Notes: generated from the letters alone by a model not told the origin. DNA of 64,000 nt from an uncultured Putridiphycobacter sp. (GCA_965367695.1 CBDUKB010000001.1:3485-67484); one strand, 5' to 3'. Counted from the stretch's first letter, positions 1 through 10,144 are shown. Made by a program: numbers and translations.

Positions 1-826
1 AAAAAGGAGCCGAATATCGTGGTGTTAACCAAGAGGCTTCGTTGGGTGTAATAACACGGTGTTGAGTCGATCTGAACCTGTTATTAGTCAACCTTGCTAA
101 CATATCGCCAATATTAATCACAATCTCATCTGCTTTCGGACTAACTGGTACCCATTCACCACTTAATGTTTGTGCTTGTAATCCTTCCGCACTTCCACCC
201 ATTAACAAGGTAATTAAATTAATGTCACCATGTGCGGCCGCGCGAACTGCTCCAGCAGGAATATCTTCTAAATTTTGAACAGGGTAATAATGTAACAACC
301 TTAAGATACTGTTTCCATTGTGTACTTTCGGTTGAAAATAATCTTCGGCTAAATCCAAATATAAAGCAACAGCTTTCAATAAATTAATTCCTGTTTGTTC
401 AAAAGTTTGATAAACTTCAAGACCAACTGATTCAAATTCAGCAACCTCTTTTGGCCAGATATTCTTTGGGTATTCTTTTTCAATTGGGTCATTGTCTTTC
501 ACTGTTTGACCAATATGATAGAATTCCTTGATATCAGGAATGTTTCTTCCTTTCGCGCTTTCTCTGTTTTTTGCTATATACCCACGTTGACCAGCTAAGG
601 CCAAATTTTCATATTGCTTTTTAATCTCATTTGGCAATTCAAAAAATGCTTTTGAAACTTCAAACAATTTGTTGCGAAGTGTTTCAGAAACGCCATGATT
701 TTTAACAATGGCAAAACCCATATTACTGAATGAATCGCCAAAGTTTTGAATAAAATTATTTCTTACTTCTTGGTCTTTCGATAAAAAGTCATGATAATCT
801 ACTACCGCAATTTCATTCTGATTCAT
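1..826 (-). CDS. Isopenicillin N synthase-family 2-oxoglutarate/Fe(II) dioxygenase (3' end runs off the window; not in the ORF track)
   Basis: Manual translation from ATG at 826: [14 protein letters not shown]...GFAIVKNHGV...AVRAAAHGDINLITLL (HxD)...STQHRV (distal His)...PRYSAPF (RxS). The ATG overlaps the clpX TGA. Confidence 0.88.
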   Translation of the reverse strand, partial: MNQNEIAVVDYHDFLSKDQEVRNNFIQNFGDSFSNMGFAIVKNHGVSETLRNKLFEVSKAFFELPNEIKKQYENLALAGQRGYIAKNRESAKGRNIPDIKEFYHIGQTVKDNDPIEKEYPKNIWPKEVAEFESVGLEVYQTFEQTGINLLKAVALYLDLAEDYFQPKVHNGNSILRLLHYYPVQNLEDIPAGAVRAAAHGDINLITLLMGGSAEGLQAQTLSGEWVPVSPKADEIVINIGDMLARLTNNRFRSTQHRVITPNEASWLTPRYSAPF

Positions 827-2055
827 CAAGCAATTTTTAATTTCGACATTTTAGATTTTTCAAATTTTGATTGGGCATAAGATAAAGTTACCTTAAAATC
901 TTTTTCTGTATTGCTAGAAGGTAGCTCAAACATTGCATCTGTTAAAATAGCTTCACAAATGGAACGCAATCCACGGGCGCCTAATTTGAATTCTAAAGCT
1001 TTTTCAACGATAAAATCTAAGACTTCTGCATCAAATTTTAATTGAATACCATCTATTTTAAAAAGATGGGTGTATTGCTTAATGAGGGCATTATTCGGTT
1101 CAGTTAAAATTCTTCTTAAAGCGTTTTTATCTAATGGTTCTAAATAAGTTAAAACTGGCATACGACCAATTAACTCAGGAATTAAACCAAATTCTTTGAT
1201 ATCTGTTGGAATAATATATTGTAATAAATTCTCTGGGTCTATTGCTTCTGAGTCTTTATTTGAAAACCCAATTGCACTTGTATTCATTCTTCTACCAATA
1301 ATTCTTTCAATACCATCAAATGCGCCACCAGCAATAAATAATATGTTGGTAGTGTTTACCTTAATCATTTTTTGGTCTGGGTGTTTTCTTCCTCCTTGTG
1401 GCGGAACATTTACTTCGGTACCTTCTAACAATTTTAACATGGCTTGTTGAACGCCTTCGCCAGATACATCTCTCGTGATAGAAGCATTATCTGATTTACG
1501 GGCAATTTTATCAATCTCGTCAATAAAAACAATCCCTTTTTCAGCGGCCTTTACGTTAAAGTCAGCGGCTTGTAATAATCGAGAAAGGATACTTTCAACA
1601 TCTTCTCCAACATAACCTGCTTCAGTCAAAACAGTAGCATCTGCAATGCAAAAAGGAACATTTAACATACGGGCTATGGTTCTTGCCAGTAAGGTTTTTC
1701 CAGTCCCAGTTCTTCCTACCAATATCACATTCGACTTTTCAAGTTCTGGCGTATCGGTATTCGATAAGTTGTTGTTAATTCTTTTGTAATGATTGTAAAC
1801 GGCTACTGAAAGATACTTTTTTGCATCTTCCTGTCCAATCACATATTCATTCAATTTGTTTCTAATTTCAATTGGTTTCAAAAGTTTTAAGTCTTTCCCA
1901 ATTTCAGTTGACTTATGAACTTCCTCTTCGTTTACAATTTCATGCGCTTGCTCAATACAACTTTCACAAATATGTCCAGTTACACCAGCAATTAAAATAT
2001 CCACTTCACTTTTTGGTCGTCCACAAAAAGAACAACCCACCTCATTTTTTGCCAT
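826..2055 (-). CDS. clpX: ATP-dependent Clp protease ATP-binding subunit ClpX
   Basis: N-terminal CSFC...CESC zinc finger, Walker [28 protein letters not shown] loop, GARGLRS. Confidence 0.98.
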   Translation of the reverse strand: MAKNEVGCSFCGRPKSEVDILIAGVTGHICESCIEQAHEIVNEEEVHKSTEIGKDLKLLKPIEIRNKLNEYVIGQEDAKKYLSVAVYNHYKRINNNLSNTDTPELEKSNVILVGRTGTGKTLLARTIARMLNVPFCIADATVLTEAGYVGEDVESILSRLLQAADFNVKAAEKGIVFIDEIDKIARKSDNASITRDVSGEGVQQAMLKLLEGTEVNVPPQGGRKHPDQKMIKVNTTNILFIAGGAFDGIERIIGRRMNTSAIGFSNKDSEAIDPENLLQYIIPTDIKEFGLIPELIGRMPVLTYLEPLDKNALRRILTEPNNALIKQYTHLFKIDGIQLKFDAEVLDFIVEKALEFKLGARGLRSICEAILTDAMFELPSSNTEKDFKVTLSYAQSKFEKSKMSKLKIA

Positions 2056-2067
2056 TATATATTGTAA

Positions 2068-2739
2068 TTATTTAATAATATTTTTTGCCAAAACCTCATC
2101 CACCATTCCGTAATTCTTAGCTTCTTCTGCTATCATCCAATAATCTCTATCAGAGTCTTGCCAAACCTTATCGTAATCTTGTCCAGAATGATTGGCGATA
2201 ATTTCGTATAATTCCTTTTTCAATTTTTGAATCTCTCTTGCAGTAATTTCTATATCAGATGCTTGCCCTTGAGCGCCACCTAAAGGTTGGTGTATCATCA
2301 CTCTAGAATGTGGCAATGCCGATCTTTTACCTTTAGCTCCTGCACATAATAATACTGCTCCCATTGAGGCAGCCATACCTGTACAAATTGTAGCAACATC
2401 AGGTTGAATGTATTGCATGGTATCATATATACCTAACCCAGCATAAACACCTCCACCTGGCGAGTTTAAATAAATTTGAATATCCTTTTTAGCATCTACC
2501 GATTCTAAGAAAAGTAATTGAGCAGTAATGATATTTGCAACTTGATCATTGATACCTGTGCCTAAAAATATAATCCTGTCCATCATCAATCTAGAAAAAA
2601 CATCCATTTGTGCTACATTTAACTGACGCTCTTCTATGATGTATGGTGTTAAAGATGATTCTATGTAGTTTTCTAAGTGCATGCTGCTAATACCGTGGTG
2701 TTTAGTAGCGTATTTGCGAAATTCGTTTTGATCTATCAT
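2068..2739 (-). CDS. clpP: Clp protease proteolytic subunit ClpP (probable start MIDQNEF at 2739)
   Basis: YLNSPGG, GMAASMGA, RVMIHQP and DRD motifs; lies between tig and clpX. Confidence 0.97.
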   Translation of the reverse strand: MIDQNEFRKYATKHHGISSMHLENYIESSLTPYIIEERQLNVAQMDVFSRLMMDRIIFLGTGINDQVANIITAQLLFLESVDAKKDIQIYLNSPGGGVYAGLGIYDTMQYIQPDVATICTGMAASMGAVLLCAGAKGKRSALPHSRVMIHQPLGGAQGQASDIEITAREIQKLKKELYEIIANHSGQDYDKVWQDSDRDYWMIAEEAKNYGMVDEVLAKNIIK

Positions 2740-2754
2740 TTGTAATTGTTTTAT

Positions 2755-2788
2755 TAAAAAAATAATGCCTATAAATATAGGCATTATT
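2755..2788 (-). terminator. Intrinsic terminator-like hairpin between tig and clpP
   Basis: Perfect 13-bp inverted repeat AATAATGCCTATA-AA-TATAGGCATTATT, followed by a T-run on the minus strand. Confidence 0.6.
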
Positions 2789-2813
2789 AAATAAATATAT
2801 GTTAAAATTATAA

Positions 2814-4151
2814 TTAGTTCTGAGCGTAAGCTTCTTCAACAAATTTTTCGTAAGGAAGTGATTTCTCAGTTAATTTTACATTTTCTTTGATGTAACTCAA
2901 AATTTTAGCTCCATAAATACTGTCGTAAATTTTATTTGCTTCTTCTTGATTCGACAAAACATTTTTAGCTTGTGCTTCTAATTCTTTGTCTTCGGGAGCA
3001 GGCATGCCGTATTGTGCGTACTGATTCACCAATAATCCTTTGGTGTGCGCAATTACTTCTTCAGATTTTACTTGTAAATCATTTTCTTTAATGATTTTAT
3101 TTTGAATTAATTGCCATCTTAAACTTTTCTTGTAATTGTCAAAATCTGCCTCAATCTCCTCAGCAGAAATTTCTTCTTTAGCTGATTCTTTAATCCATCT
3201 TTTTAAGAAACTTTCTGGTAAGTCAAACTTTGTTTTTTCAACTATCGCTTCAGTTACCTTTTGACTAAATAAACGGTCTGAATCATTTTGAAACATTTGA
3301 TCTAAATCAGCTTTTATTTTCTCTTTTAATTCTTTTTCTGTTTTAATAGTTCCAGGTCCGAATAATTTGTCAAATAATTCTTGATCAATTGCAGCAGGAA
3401 TCATGTTTTTGATTTCTGTAATTTTGAAATCAAATTTAGCTGGAATATCATTGATTTTTGACTCATCAATTCCCAGCATAGCAGCCAAATCTTTATCATC
3501 TCTAGAAACAGTTTTAGGATCTAAACTTAACACATCACCTACCTTTTTACCTAAAATTGATTTTTTTACTTTTTCATCTTCAATAAATTCTAAAGAAATA
3601 GTTGAATTGTTGCTAATTTCTCCTGATGGCTCAGAAAATTCACCAACTACCATGTCTTTATCTCCAACTTTATCAGCTGGGACTAATTTACCGTATCTTC
3701 TTGCTAAGTTTTCAACTTCTTTGTCTAACATTTCTTCCGAAACATCCACTTTTAAGTATTCGTATTTTTGCTTTGCATTAATATCTAAGTCAAAAGTGGG
3801 CGCTAAACCCAATTCATAAGCAAACTCAAATTCACCTGGGTTGCTAAAATCGCCTTTTACTTCTTCGTCTACTTTTGGTAATGGATTCCCTAAAACTTCC
3901 AAATTATTTTTTTGAATAAAGTCAGTTAATGACTCATTGATTAATTTGTTCAATTCATCCGCCAAAATACTTTTACCATATTTTTTCTTGATTAAGCTCA
4001 TAGGTGTTTTTCCAGGTCTAAACCCAGGCATGTTCGCATCCTTACGGTACTTCTTCATGATGTCTTCTACCTTTTCTGAATAATCAGCAGGAGCAATTTG
4101 AATTCTCAATACTGCATTTAAATCATCAATCTTTTCTTCAACTACATTCAT
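2814..4151 (-). CDS. tig: Trigger factor
   Basis: Ribosome-binding signature PGFRPGK, 445 aa, tig-clpP-clpX synteny. Confidence 0.95.
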   Translation of the reverse strand: MNVVEEKIDDLNAVLRIQIAPADYSEKVEDIMKKYRKDANMPGFRPGKTPMSLIKKKYGKSILADELNKLINESLTDFIQKNNLEVLGNPLPKVDEEVKGDFSNPGEFEFAYELGLAPTFDLDINAKQKYEYLKVDVSEEMLDKEVENLARRYGKLVPADKVGDKDMVVGEFSEPSGEISNNSTISLEFIEDEKVKKSILGKKVGDVLSLDPKTVSRDDKDLAAMLGIDESKINDIPAKFDFKITEIKNMIPAAIDQELFDKLFGPGTIKTEKELKEKIKADLDQMFQNDSDRLFSQKVTEAIVEKTKFDLPESFLKRWIKESAKEEISAEEIEADFDNYKKSLRWQLIQNKIIKENDLQVKSEEVIAHTKGLLVNQYAQYGMPAPEDKELEAQAKNVLSNQEEANKIYDSIYGAKILSYIKENVKLTEKSLPYEKFVEEAYAQN

Positions 4152-4178
4152 TTTCTTAACGAAGTTTAAAATTTATAT

Positions 4179-4212
4179 AAAAAAAAATGGTCTTGGCAAT
4201 GCCGAGACCATC
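4179..4212 (-). terminator. Rho-independent terminator of tRNA-Leu
   Basis: Minus strand ATGGTCTCGGC-ATT-GCCAAGACCAT followed by a long T-run. Confidence 0.75.
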
Positions 4213-4215
4213 TTG

Positions 4216-4297
4216 TGCGGGTGGAGGGACTCGAACCCACAAGCCGTGAAGCACTAGATCCTAAGTCTAGCGTGTCTACCAATTTCACCACACCCGC
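4216..4297 (-). tRNA. tRNA-Leu(TAG)
   Basis: GCGGGTG acceptor stem pairs with CACCCGC-A; D-loop AATTGGTAG; anticodon arm CTAGA-CTTAGGA-TCTAG; long variable arm; TTCGAGT T-loop; CCA not encoded. Confidence 0.96.
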
Positions 4298-4331
4298 AAT
4301 ACGTCAATCTCTTCTAATTATAAAGAGGGCA

Positions 4332-4339
4332 CAAAAGTA
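4332..4339 (-). promoter_or_regulatory. Bacteroidota primary-sigma -7 element (TACTTTTG) for tRNA-Leu/tig
   Basis: Matches TAnnTTTG, ~35 nt upstream of the tRNA. Confidence 0.65.
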
Positions 4340-4406
4340 GTTAATAAATTTATAACTACAAAATATTATTTCTTACAAAATAGTGCTTTAATCTAAAGTT
4401 GTCAAT

Positions 4407-4414
4407 TATTTTTG
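4407..4414 (+). promoter_or_regulatory. -7 element (TATTTTTG) 4 nt upstream of the dxr ATG
   Basis: Matches TAnnTTTG. Confidence 0.55.
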
Positions 4415-4418
4415 CAGT

Positions 4419-5582
4419 ATGTCAGAAAAGAAAAGAATTGCGATTTTAGGATCGACTGGTTCAATTGGAACGCAAACATTAGAAGTAATTGCAGCAAATC
4501 CAGATTTGTTTGAAGTAACCGTACTGACAGCAAATCGAAATGCGGATTTATTGATTGCTCAAAGTCTGCAATTTAAACCAAATGCGGTGGTAATTGTTGA
4601 TGAAAATTCTTATGAAAAAGTAAATGATGCTTTGTGGGAAAACGACATTAAAACCTACACAGGTGCAAAGGCACTAGAAGAAGTGGTTGAAATGGATGAA
4701 ATTGACATTGTGCTGACTGCATTGGTAGGATATGCAGGCTTAAAACCAACGATTCGAGCCATTGAAGCAAAAAAGACAATCGCATTGGCCAATAAAGAAA
4801 CCATGGTAGTTGCCGGTGAAATGATCACCAAATTAGCCAAAGAAAATGCGGTAAACATATTCCCTGTTGATTCTGAGCATTCTGCCATTTTTCAATGTTT
4901 AGTTGGCGAATTTCACAATAAAATCGAAAAAATATATTTAACGGCTTCGGGCGGACCATTTAGAGGGCGTTCTGCTGAACAATTAAAATCTATTACTAAA
5001 AGCCAAGCTTTAAAACATCCAAATTGGGAAATGGGTGCAAAAATCACCATTGATTCTGCCACCATGATGAATAAAGGACTGGAAGTAATTGAGGCCAAAT
5101 GGTTATTTGGATTAAAAGATGAACAAATTGATGTAATTGTGCATCCACAATCTATCATTCATTCTTTAGTACAGTTCGAAGATGGCTCAATGAAAGCGCA
5201 AATGGGCTTGCCTGACATGAAATTACCCATACAATATGCTTTGACTTATCCCTTGAGAATTAAAACAGATTTTGAGCGATTTAACTTTATTAATTATCCT
5301 AACCTGACTTTTGAACAGCCAGATTACGATACGTTTATTAATTTAAAATTGGCTTTTGATGCCATGAAAAAAGGAGGAAATGCAGCTTGTAGTTTAAATG
5401 CGGCAAATGAAGTTACTGTGGCTGCTTTTTTAGCGGATAAAATTAGCTTTGTTGATATTGGTTTGATTAATCAAAAGGTGATGAATGCTTTTGAATTTAT
5501 TGAAAAGCCAAGCTTAGAAGATTTATTTGAGACAGATAAAGTAACCAGGGAACTGACCACCCAATTGATAGCAAGTAATTAG
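4419..5582 (+). CDS. dxr: 1-deoxy-D-xylulose-5-phosphate reductoisomerase
   Basis: LGSTGSIG, LANKE, PVDSEHSA, TASGGPFR, HPNWEMGAKITIDSATMMNKGLE. Confidence 0.98.
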   Translation: MSEKKRIAILGSTGSIGTQTLEVIAANPDLFEVTVLTANRNADLLIAQSLQFKPNAVVIVDENSYEKVNDALWENDIKTYTGAKALEEVVEMDEIDIVLTALVGYAGLKPTIRAIEAKKTIALANKETMVVAGEMITKLAKENAVNIFPVDSEHSAIFQCLVGEFHNKIEKIYLTASGGPFRGRSAEQLKSITKSQALKHPNWEMGAKITIDSATMMNKGLEVIEAKWLFGLKDEQIDVIVHPQSIIHSLVQFEDGSMKAQMGLPDMKLPIQYALTYPLRIKTDFERFNFINYPNLTFEQPDYDTFINLKLAFDAMKKGGNAACSLNAANEVTVAAFLADKISFVDIGLINQKVMNAFEFIEKPSLEDLFETDKVTRELTTQLIASN

Positions 5583-6265
5583 TCTTCAGTTACCAATTCT
5601 TTTTCTTTGTTTTTTTGGCCGAAATTCTTTCTATATTTTAAGATTAATAATCCTACTCCGCAAGAGATTGAAAAATCAGCTATGTTCCAAATGGGTGGGA
5701 AAATTTCTTCACCTCCCAATCCAAATGGCATTTTTTGAGGCCAGGTAACAGTAAATCTCATCATGTCGACAACAGAGCCTAACATAAAGCCAGTCTCCCT
5801 TAACTTATCCGGAAAATAAACGTCATTATCTGCATTGTATTCCATGACCCAATTGGTTCTAAATCTTTCGTCTAAATCAAAGTAAAAGTCATAAAACATA
5901 CCATCAATTAAATTGCCAGTTGCACCAGCAAAAACAAGGGCAATAGCGACTAAAAAAAGTAAATTATGTTGGCCAGATAGAATAACTTTTCTAACGTAAT
6001 ATCCAATGCCAATAATGGCTAATAACCTAAAGGTTGACAAAGCGTATTTTGCCCAAATTCCAGCACCAAACTCGGTACCAAATGCCATTCCTCTGTTTTC
6101 AATAAAATGTAATTCTATAAATCCGTCAATTAAGGTGCGTGTTTCATAAGGATTAAAATGAGTCTTAATCCAAATTTTAAACACTTGGTCAATGAGTAGA
6201 ATCAAAAGGACGATTCCGATAACCAAAATTGATTTTTGTGAAGTGGATAGCTTAACCTTGGGCAT
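5579..6265 (-). CDS. lspA: Lipoprotein signal peptidase II (start 6265 or 6277)
   Basis: DQVFK, NRGMAFG, GATGNLID, VVDM, WNIADF motifs; four TM segments. Confidence 0.93.
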   Translation of the reverse strand: MPKVKLSTSQKSILVIGIVLLILLIDQVFKIWIKTHFNPYETRTLIDGFIELHFIENRGMAFGTEFGAGIWAKYALSTFRLLAIIGIGYYVRKVILSGQHNLLFLVAIALVFAGATGNLIDGMFYDFYFDLDERFRTNWVMEYNADNDVYFPDKLRETGFMLGSVVDMMRFTVTWPQKMPFGLGGEEIFPPIWNIADFSISCGVGLLILKYRKNFGQKNKEKELVTED

Positions 6266-6629
6266 TTTTAGCTTCAATACTAAGCGTCGCGTGAGGAACT
6301 AATTTTAATCTTTCTTTTCTGATTAATTTCCCTGTCTCTCTGCAAATGCCATAAGTTTTGTTTTCAATTCTTCTTAAAGCATTTTCAAGGTTAGTAATAA
6401 ACTTTTCTTGCCTTACAGCCAATTGAGACATTTCTTCTCTTGACATGGTTTCAGAACCATCTTCCATCATGTTGAATGAACGACCAGTGTCATTGGTTCC
6501 ATGGTCATCACTGTAGTCTAATTGACCACGTAACAACTTTAAATCTTCTTTTGCTTCAACTAATTTAGATTCTATTATTGTACGGAATTCTTTTAATTCC
6601 ACGTCTGAATATCTTACTAATTCTGCCAT
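6252..6629 (-). CDS. TraR/DksA-family transcription factor
   Basis: Coiled coil plus ALRRIENKTYGICRETGKLIRKERLKLVPHATLS; directly upstream of lspA. Confidence 0.9.
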   Translation of the reverse strand: MAELVRYSDVELKEFRTIIESKLVEAKEDLKLLRGQLDYSDDHGTNDTGRSFNMMEDGSETMSREEMSQLAVRQEKFITNLENALRRIENKTYGICRETGKLIRKERLKLVPHATLSIEAKNAQG

Positions 6630-6790
6630 TTTTAATGGTATTTATTATCAACAAGCGACAAATATAATTTAATTATTTTTGTTTTTATGCCTTTGTCTAA
6701 AAATACTTATGTTTTAGACCTACAATTAGGGCTTTAATATAAAATCGGTTAAAAATCTAGTAAATATTTTCGTTTATGTTAAAAATAAGT

Positions 6791-6798
6791 TAAATTTG
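6791..6798 (+). promoter_or_regulatory. -7 element TAAATTTG for the PA-domain gene (divergent TATATTTG at 6659-6666 serves the dksA-like gene)
   Basis: TAnnTTTG matches upstream of both divergent genes. Confidence 0.6.
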
Positions 6799-6824
6799 TG
6801 TCACACACATTAAATTTAAAACTT

Positions 6825-8564
6825 ATGAAAAAATTATTACTTTCTTTTGTAGCCTTTGCAACTGCTTTAACAAGTATTGCTCAGGTTTCATTTTATGTTA
6901 ATCCACCGTCTTCGAACAGTGGTAATTATTCAGTAACCTGGGCAGATGATGCTGGTGGTGATTGGTCTATGCCAGATCCTACCGATCCTGCAAATGCGGT
7001 TGAAGATACCTTAGTGATTGTACAAGGGATTGATTCTTTAGGATGTGATCCTTTAACAAACGGTGCTGAAATCAACGGACAAATTGCTGTAGTATGGAGA
7101 GGGGATTGTCAATTTGGAACCAAAGCTTTCAATGCGCAAAACGCTGGAGCTGTTGCTGTTGTAATTGTAAATCATTCTGGTGAGCCTGTTGGAATGGCTG
7201 GTGGAGATGACGGATTAAACGTTACTATCCCAGTTGTTATGATTTCTACAAGTACTGGAGATTTATTATACAATGAAATAATGAATGGTGGTACTGTTAC
7301 TGCTTTTATTGGAAACAAGTTTGGTTATTTTGCGAATGATATCGGAATTAACCAAAAAGATGTTTTAAGAGCAAGACAATATGCTACTCCATTGGCTTTA
7401 GCTGCTGATAATACAGAGTTTGACGTAAAAGTTGGTGCTTGGGTTTATAACTTTGGTGTAAACGATCAAACGAATGTAACTTTAAATGCAAAAGTAACTT
7501 TAAATGCGAGTGTATTGTATGATGAAACTTCAGCTGCAGTAGCTTCTTTAGTTTCTGGTGATAGTGTTTGGATTTCATTGCCAACTTTTTCTGAGAGTAC
7601 TTATTCTCAAGATTTGTATGAAATGGAATACAGTATTACTTCTGATGCAACGGATGATTTTGACGCAGATAATGCTTTAAATTCTAATTTTTTATTCACG
7701 GATAATGAGTATTCATATTCAAGAATGGATCCAGCTACATTAGCACCAAACGGAAATCAATTTTTCCAACCAAGTGCTTTTGCTTCCACTTTTGGAGCTT
7801 GTATCCACTTCACTGATGCTAACGCAAGTAGAAGAGCTGCTTTAGGGCTTACTTTTGCTGCAACAAGTTCAACTGGAAATTCTTTGGAAGGAGAAATTAT
7901 ATCTGTTGAAGGTTATAAATGGGAAGATCCTATTACTGACATTAATGATCCAGGATTTGGAATTTCAGTTTTAAATGGAGTTGCGATTGGAGAATTTACT
8001 TATGCTAGTGATAGTCAACAAATGCCAATAAGTGTATTATTTGATGATCCTTTATTATTAGAAGACAATACACATTACATCTTTTGTGCAATTTCTTCAA
8101 GTCAAACTATTTTCTTAGGATTTGATAATGCTTTAGATTATGACGAAAATATTTCAGGAGCAGATGCAACTGGTACAATGCACGGAGATGGTCATGTAAC
8201 TACATTGGTAAACAATGATGGGGCTTATTCTGGATTAGGATTTGGTTCTGATTTATCAGCTGCTGTTGTATTAAATATGGTTGATCCTATTGAATTAGGA
8301 ATTGATAACAACCAAGTTGAATTAGAGAAAGCATATCCAAACCCAGTAGTAAATACTTTAACAATTCCTTTAAATGGAGTTGATGGTACTGGAACTTTGA
8401 ATATTGTTGATCTTTCAGGAAAATTAATTTCAACGCAACAAGTTAACTTGTCAGCTTCTAAATTATTAGTAGATGTATCAAGTATTGCAAATGGAATGTA
8501 CGTATTTAACTTAAAATTAGAAAACGGAAAATCTTCAACTTTCAATGTAGTTGTAAGTAAATAA
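6825..8564 (+). CDS. Secreted PA (protease-associated) domain protein with T9SS type-A CTD
   Basis: Signal peptide MKKLLLSFVAFATALTSIA; PA motif GQIAVVWRGDCQFGTKAFNAQNAGAVAVVIVN...IPVVMIS; C-terminal YPNP...ANGMYV...FNVVVSK. Confidence 0.85.
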   Translation: MKKLLLSFVAFATALTSIAQVSFYVNPPSSNSGNYSVTWADDAGGDWSMPDPTDPANAVEDTLVIVQGIDSLGCDPLTNGAEINGQIAVVWRGDCQFGTKAFNAQNAGAVAVVIVNHSGEPVGMAGGDDGLNVTIPVVMISTSTGDLLYNEIMNGGTVTAFIGNKFGYFANDIGINQKDVLRARQYATPLALAADNTEFDVKVGAWVYNFGVNDQTNVTLNAKVTLNASVLYDETSAAVASLVSGDSVWISLPTFSESTYSQDLYEMEYSITSDATDDFDADNALNSNFLFTDNEYSYSRMDPATLAPNGNQFFQPSAFASTFGACIHFTDANASRRAALGLTFAATSSTGNSLEGEIISVEGYKWEDPITDINDPGFGISVLNGVAIGEFTYASDSQQMPISVLFDDPLLLEDNTHYIFCAISSSQTIFLGFDNALDYDENISGADATGTMHGDGHVTTLVNNDGAYSGLGFGSDLSAAVVLNMVDPIELGIDNNQVELEKAYPNPVVNTLTIPLNGVDGTGTLNIVDLSGKLISTQQVNLSASKLLVDVSSIANGMYVFNLKLENGKSSTFNVVVSK

Positions 8565-8588
8565 GCAGTATTCTAAATAATAAAATTT

Positions 8589-8626
8589 AAACCACCTGTT
8601 ACCAATGCGTAGCAGGTGGTTTTTTT
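8589..8626 (+). terminator. Rho-independent terminator
   Basis: AAACCACCTGTTAC-loop-GTAGCAGGTGGTTT followed by T-run. Confidence 0.8.
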
Positions 8627-8740
8627 ATTCGTTTAATTGGAATTTCTTCACAAATAATTCTAAACAAATTCCCTTTAATAAACATTCTAGATCACCTTAT
8701 AATTAACAGATTTGTTTTGTTAATTTTGGCAAAAAAACAC

Positions 8741-10018
8741 ATGTATAAACTTTCACTCCTATTTTTAGGGTTCCTTTTTATAATTGGCTGTAAAAATGAA
8801 GCAAAAACCAAAAAGAAAGAAGTAATAGCAGTGATTGATTCAGTTGTACCATCTCAAGTGGAATATGAGTTTGTATTAGACTCCTTTATTGTTCACCACG
8901 ACACCATTGCACCCAACAGTACTTTAAGTCATTTATTAGCACCCTATGGTATATCTCAATGGTTCATTAATATAGCAGCAGAATTAGCAGCTGACAGTAG
9001 CATAGGATTAAAATATGTAACAACTGGAACGCCAGTTTTATTATTGCAAAATAAAAAAGATACTGCACATCACTTATTGTACTGTATTTATCCAAAAAAT
9101 GAAATTGAATATGTGATTTTTAATTTTTCTGATTCAGTTGAAGTTGAATTAAAAGTGAAGCCACATACCATTGAAGAAAGAATTTTAAGTGGAGAAATAG
9201 TGGCCAATTCCAATTTAACTGTAGCGATTAATCAACAATTAAAAAACATTAACATGACAGGTGAAATGGCGGAAGAAATATCAGGTCTTTTTGCTTGGAC
9301 AATCGACTTCTTTAAATTGCATCCAGGAGATAAATTTAAAGTCATTTACAATGAAAAAAGTGTAGATGGTGAACCTTATGATGTTGGGGATATCAAATAC
9401 GCTTATTTCAAACACCAAAATAATGAGTTTTATTCCTTTTTTTATGTGTTAGATAGTGCTAAAAATAAAGTCGGTGTTTTTGATGAGAATGGAAAAGAAA
9501 TGAAAAGACAGTTTTTAATGGCACCCGTTAAATATTCAAGAATCAGTTCAAGTTTCACCAATCGAAGATTTCATCCTGTTCAAAGAAGGTGGAAATCGCA
9601 TTTAGGAACCGATTATGCCGCGCCAAAAGGTACGCCAATTTGGTCTACTGCTGATGGTTATGTAATAGCTGCCGCATATACACGCGGAAACGGAAATTAT
9701 GTAAAGGTTAAACATAACGATACTTACACCACCCAATATTTACACATGACAGGTTTTGCCGCAGGAATTCGAAAAGGAGTTTATGTAAAGCAAGGACAAG
9801 TCATAGGTTTTGTTGGCAGTACTGGCTTGGCAACAGGTCCACATGTTTGTTATCGTTTTTGGAAAAATGGAAAACAAATCAATCACAGGGCTGAAAAATT
9901 CCAACCTTCCACCCCAATGCCAGATTCATTATTACAAGATTATTTGAAATTTATTGCACCGATTAAAGAAAAATTAGATCAGACTAAAATAACCCCTTAT
10001 ATCAAGGAAAAGAAATAG
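8741..10018 (+). CDS. M23 family peptidoglycan DD-endopeptidase (MepM-like), probable lipoprotein
   Basis: HLGTDYAAP (HxxxD), YLHM, GLATGPHV; lipobox IIGC; TAATTTTG at 8721-8728. Confidence 0.9.
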   Translation: MYKLSLLFLGFLFIIGCKNEAKTKKKEVIAVIDSVVPSQVEYEFVLDSFIVHHDTIAPNSTLSHLLAPYGISQWFINIAAELAADSSIGLKYVTTGTPVLLLQNKKDTAHHLLYCIYPKNEIEYVIFNFSDSVEVELKVKPHTIEERILSGEIVANSNLTVAINQQLKNINMTGEMAEEISGLFAWTIDFFKLHPGDKFKVIYNEKSVDGEPYDVGDIKYAYFKHQNNEFYSFFYVLDSAKNKVGVFDENGKEMKRQFLMAPVKYSRISSSFTNRRFHPVQRRWKSHLGTDYAAPKGTPIWSTADGYVIAAAYTRGNGNYVKVKHNDTYTTQYLHMTGFAAGIRKGVYVKQGQVIGFVGSTGLATGPHVCYRFWKNGKQINHRAEKFQPSTPMPDSLLQDYLKFIAPIKEKLDQTKITPYIKEKK

Positions 10019-10144
10019 TTTTTCACGCAAATAATCGAATATCAGCTTCGAATACTAAAAAATACTTGAATTAATTAAGTTTTCAACAAAATTATCCTAG
10101 TATTTATCCTAAATTTGCAGACATATTTCCAAGGGCAAACTAGA

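Noticed and set aside
4224-4240. U-U mismatch in the tRNA-Leu T-stem (GTGGG/CCCTC)
   Set aside because: A single mismatch is tolerated and all other arms are intact; no evidence for a pseudogene or editing
4150-4420. tRNA as a possible integration site
   Set aside because: No integrase, no duplicated tRNA 3' end, and housekeeping genes on both sides
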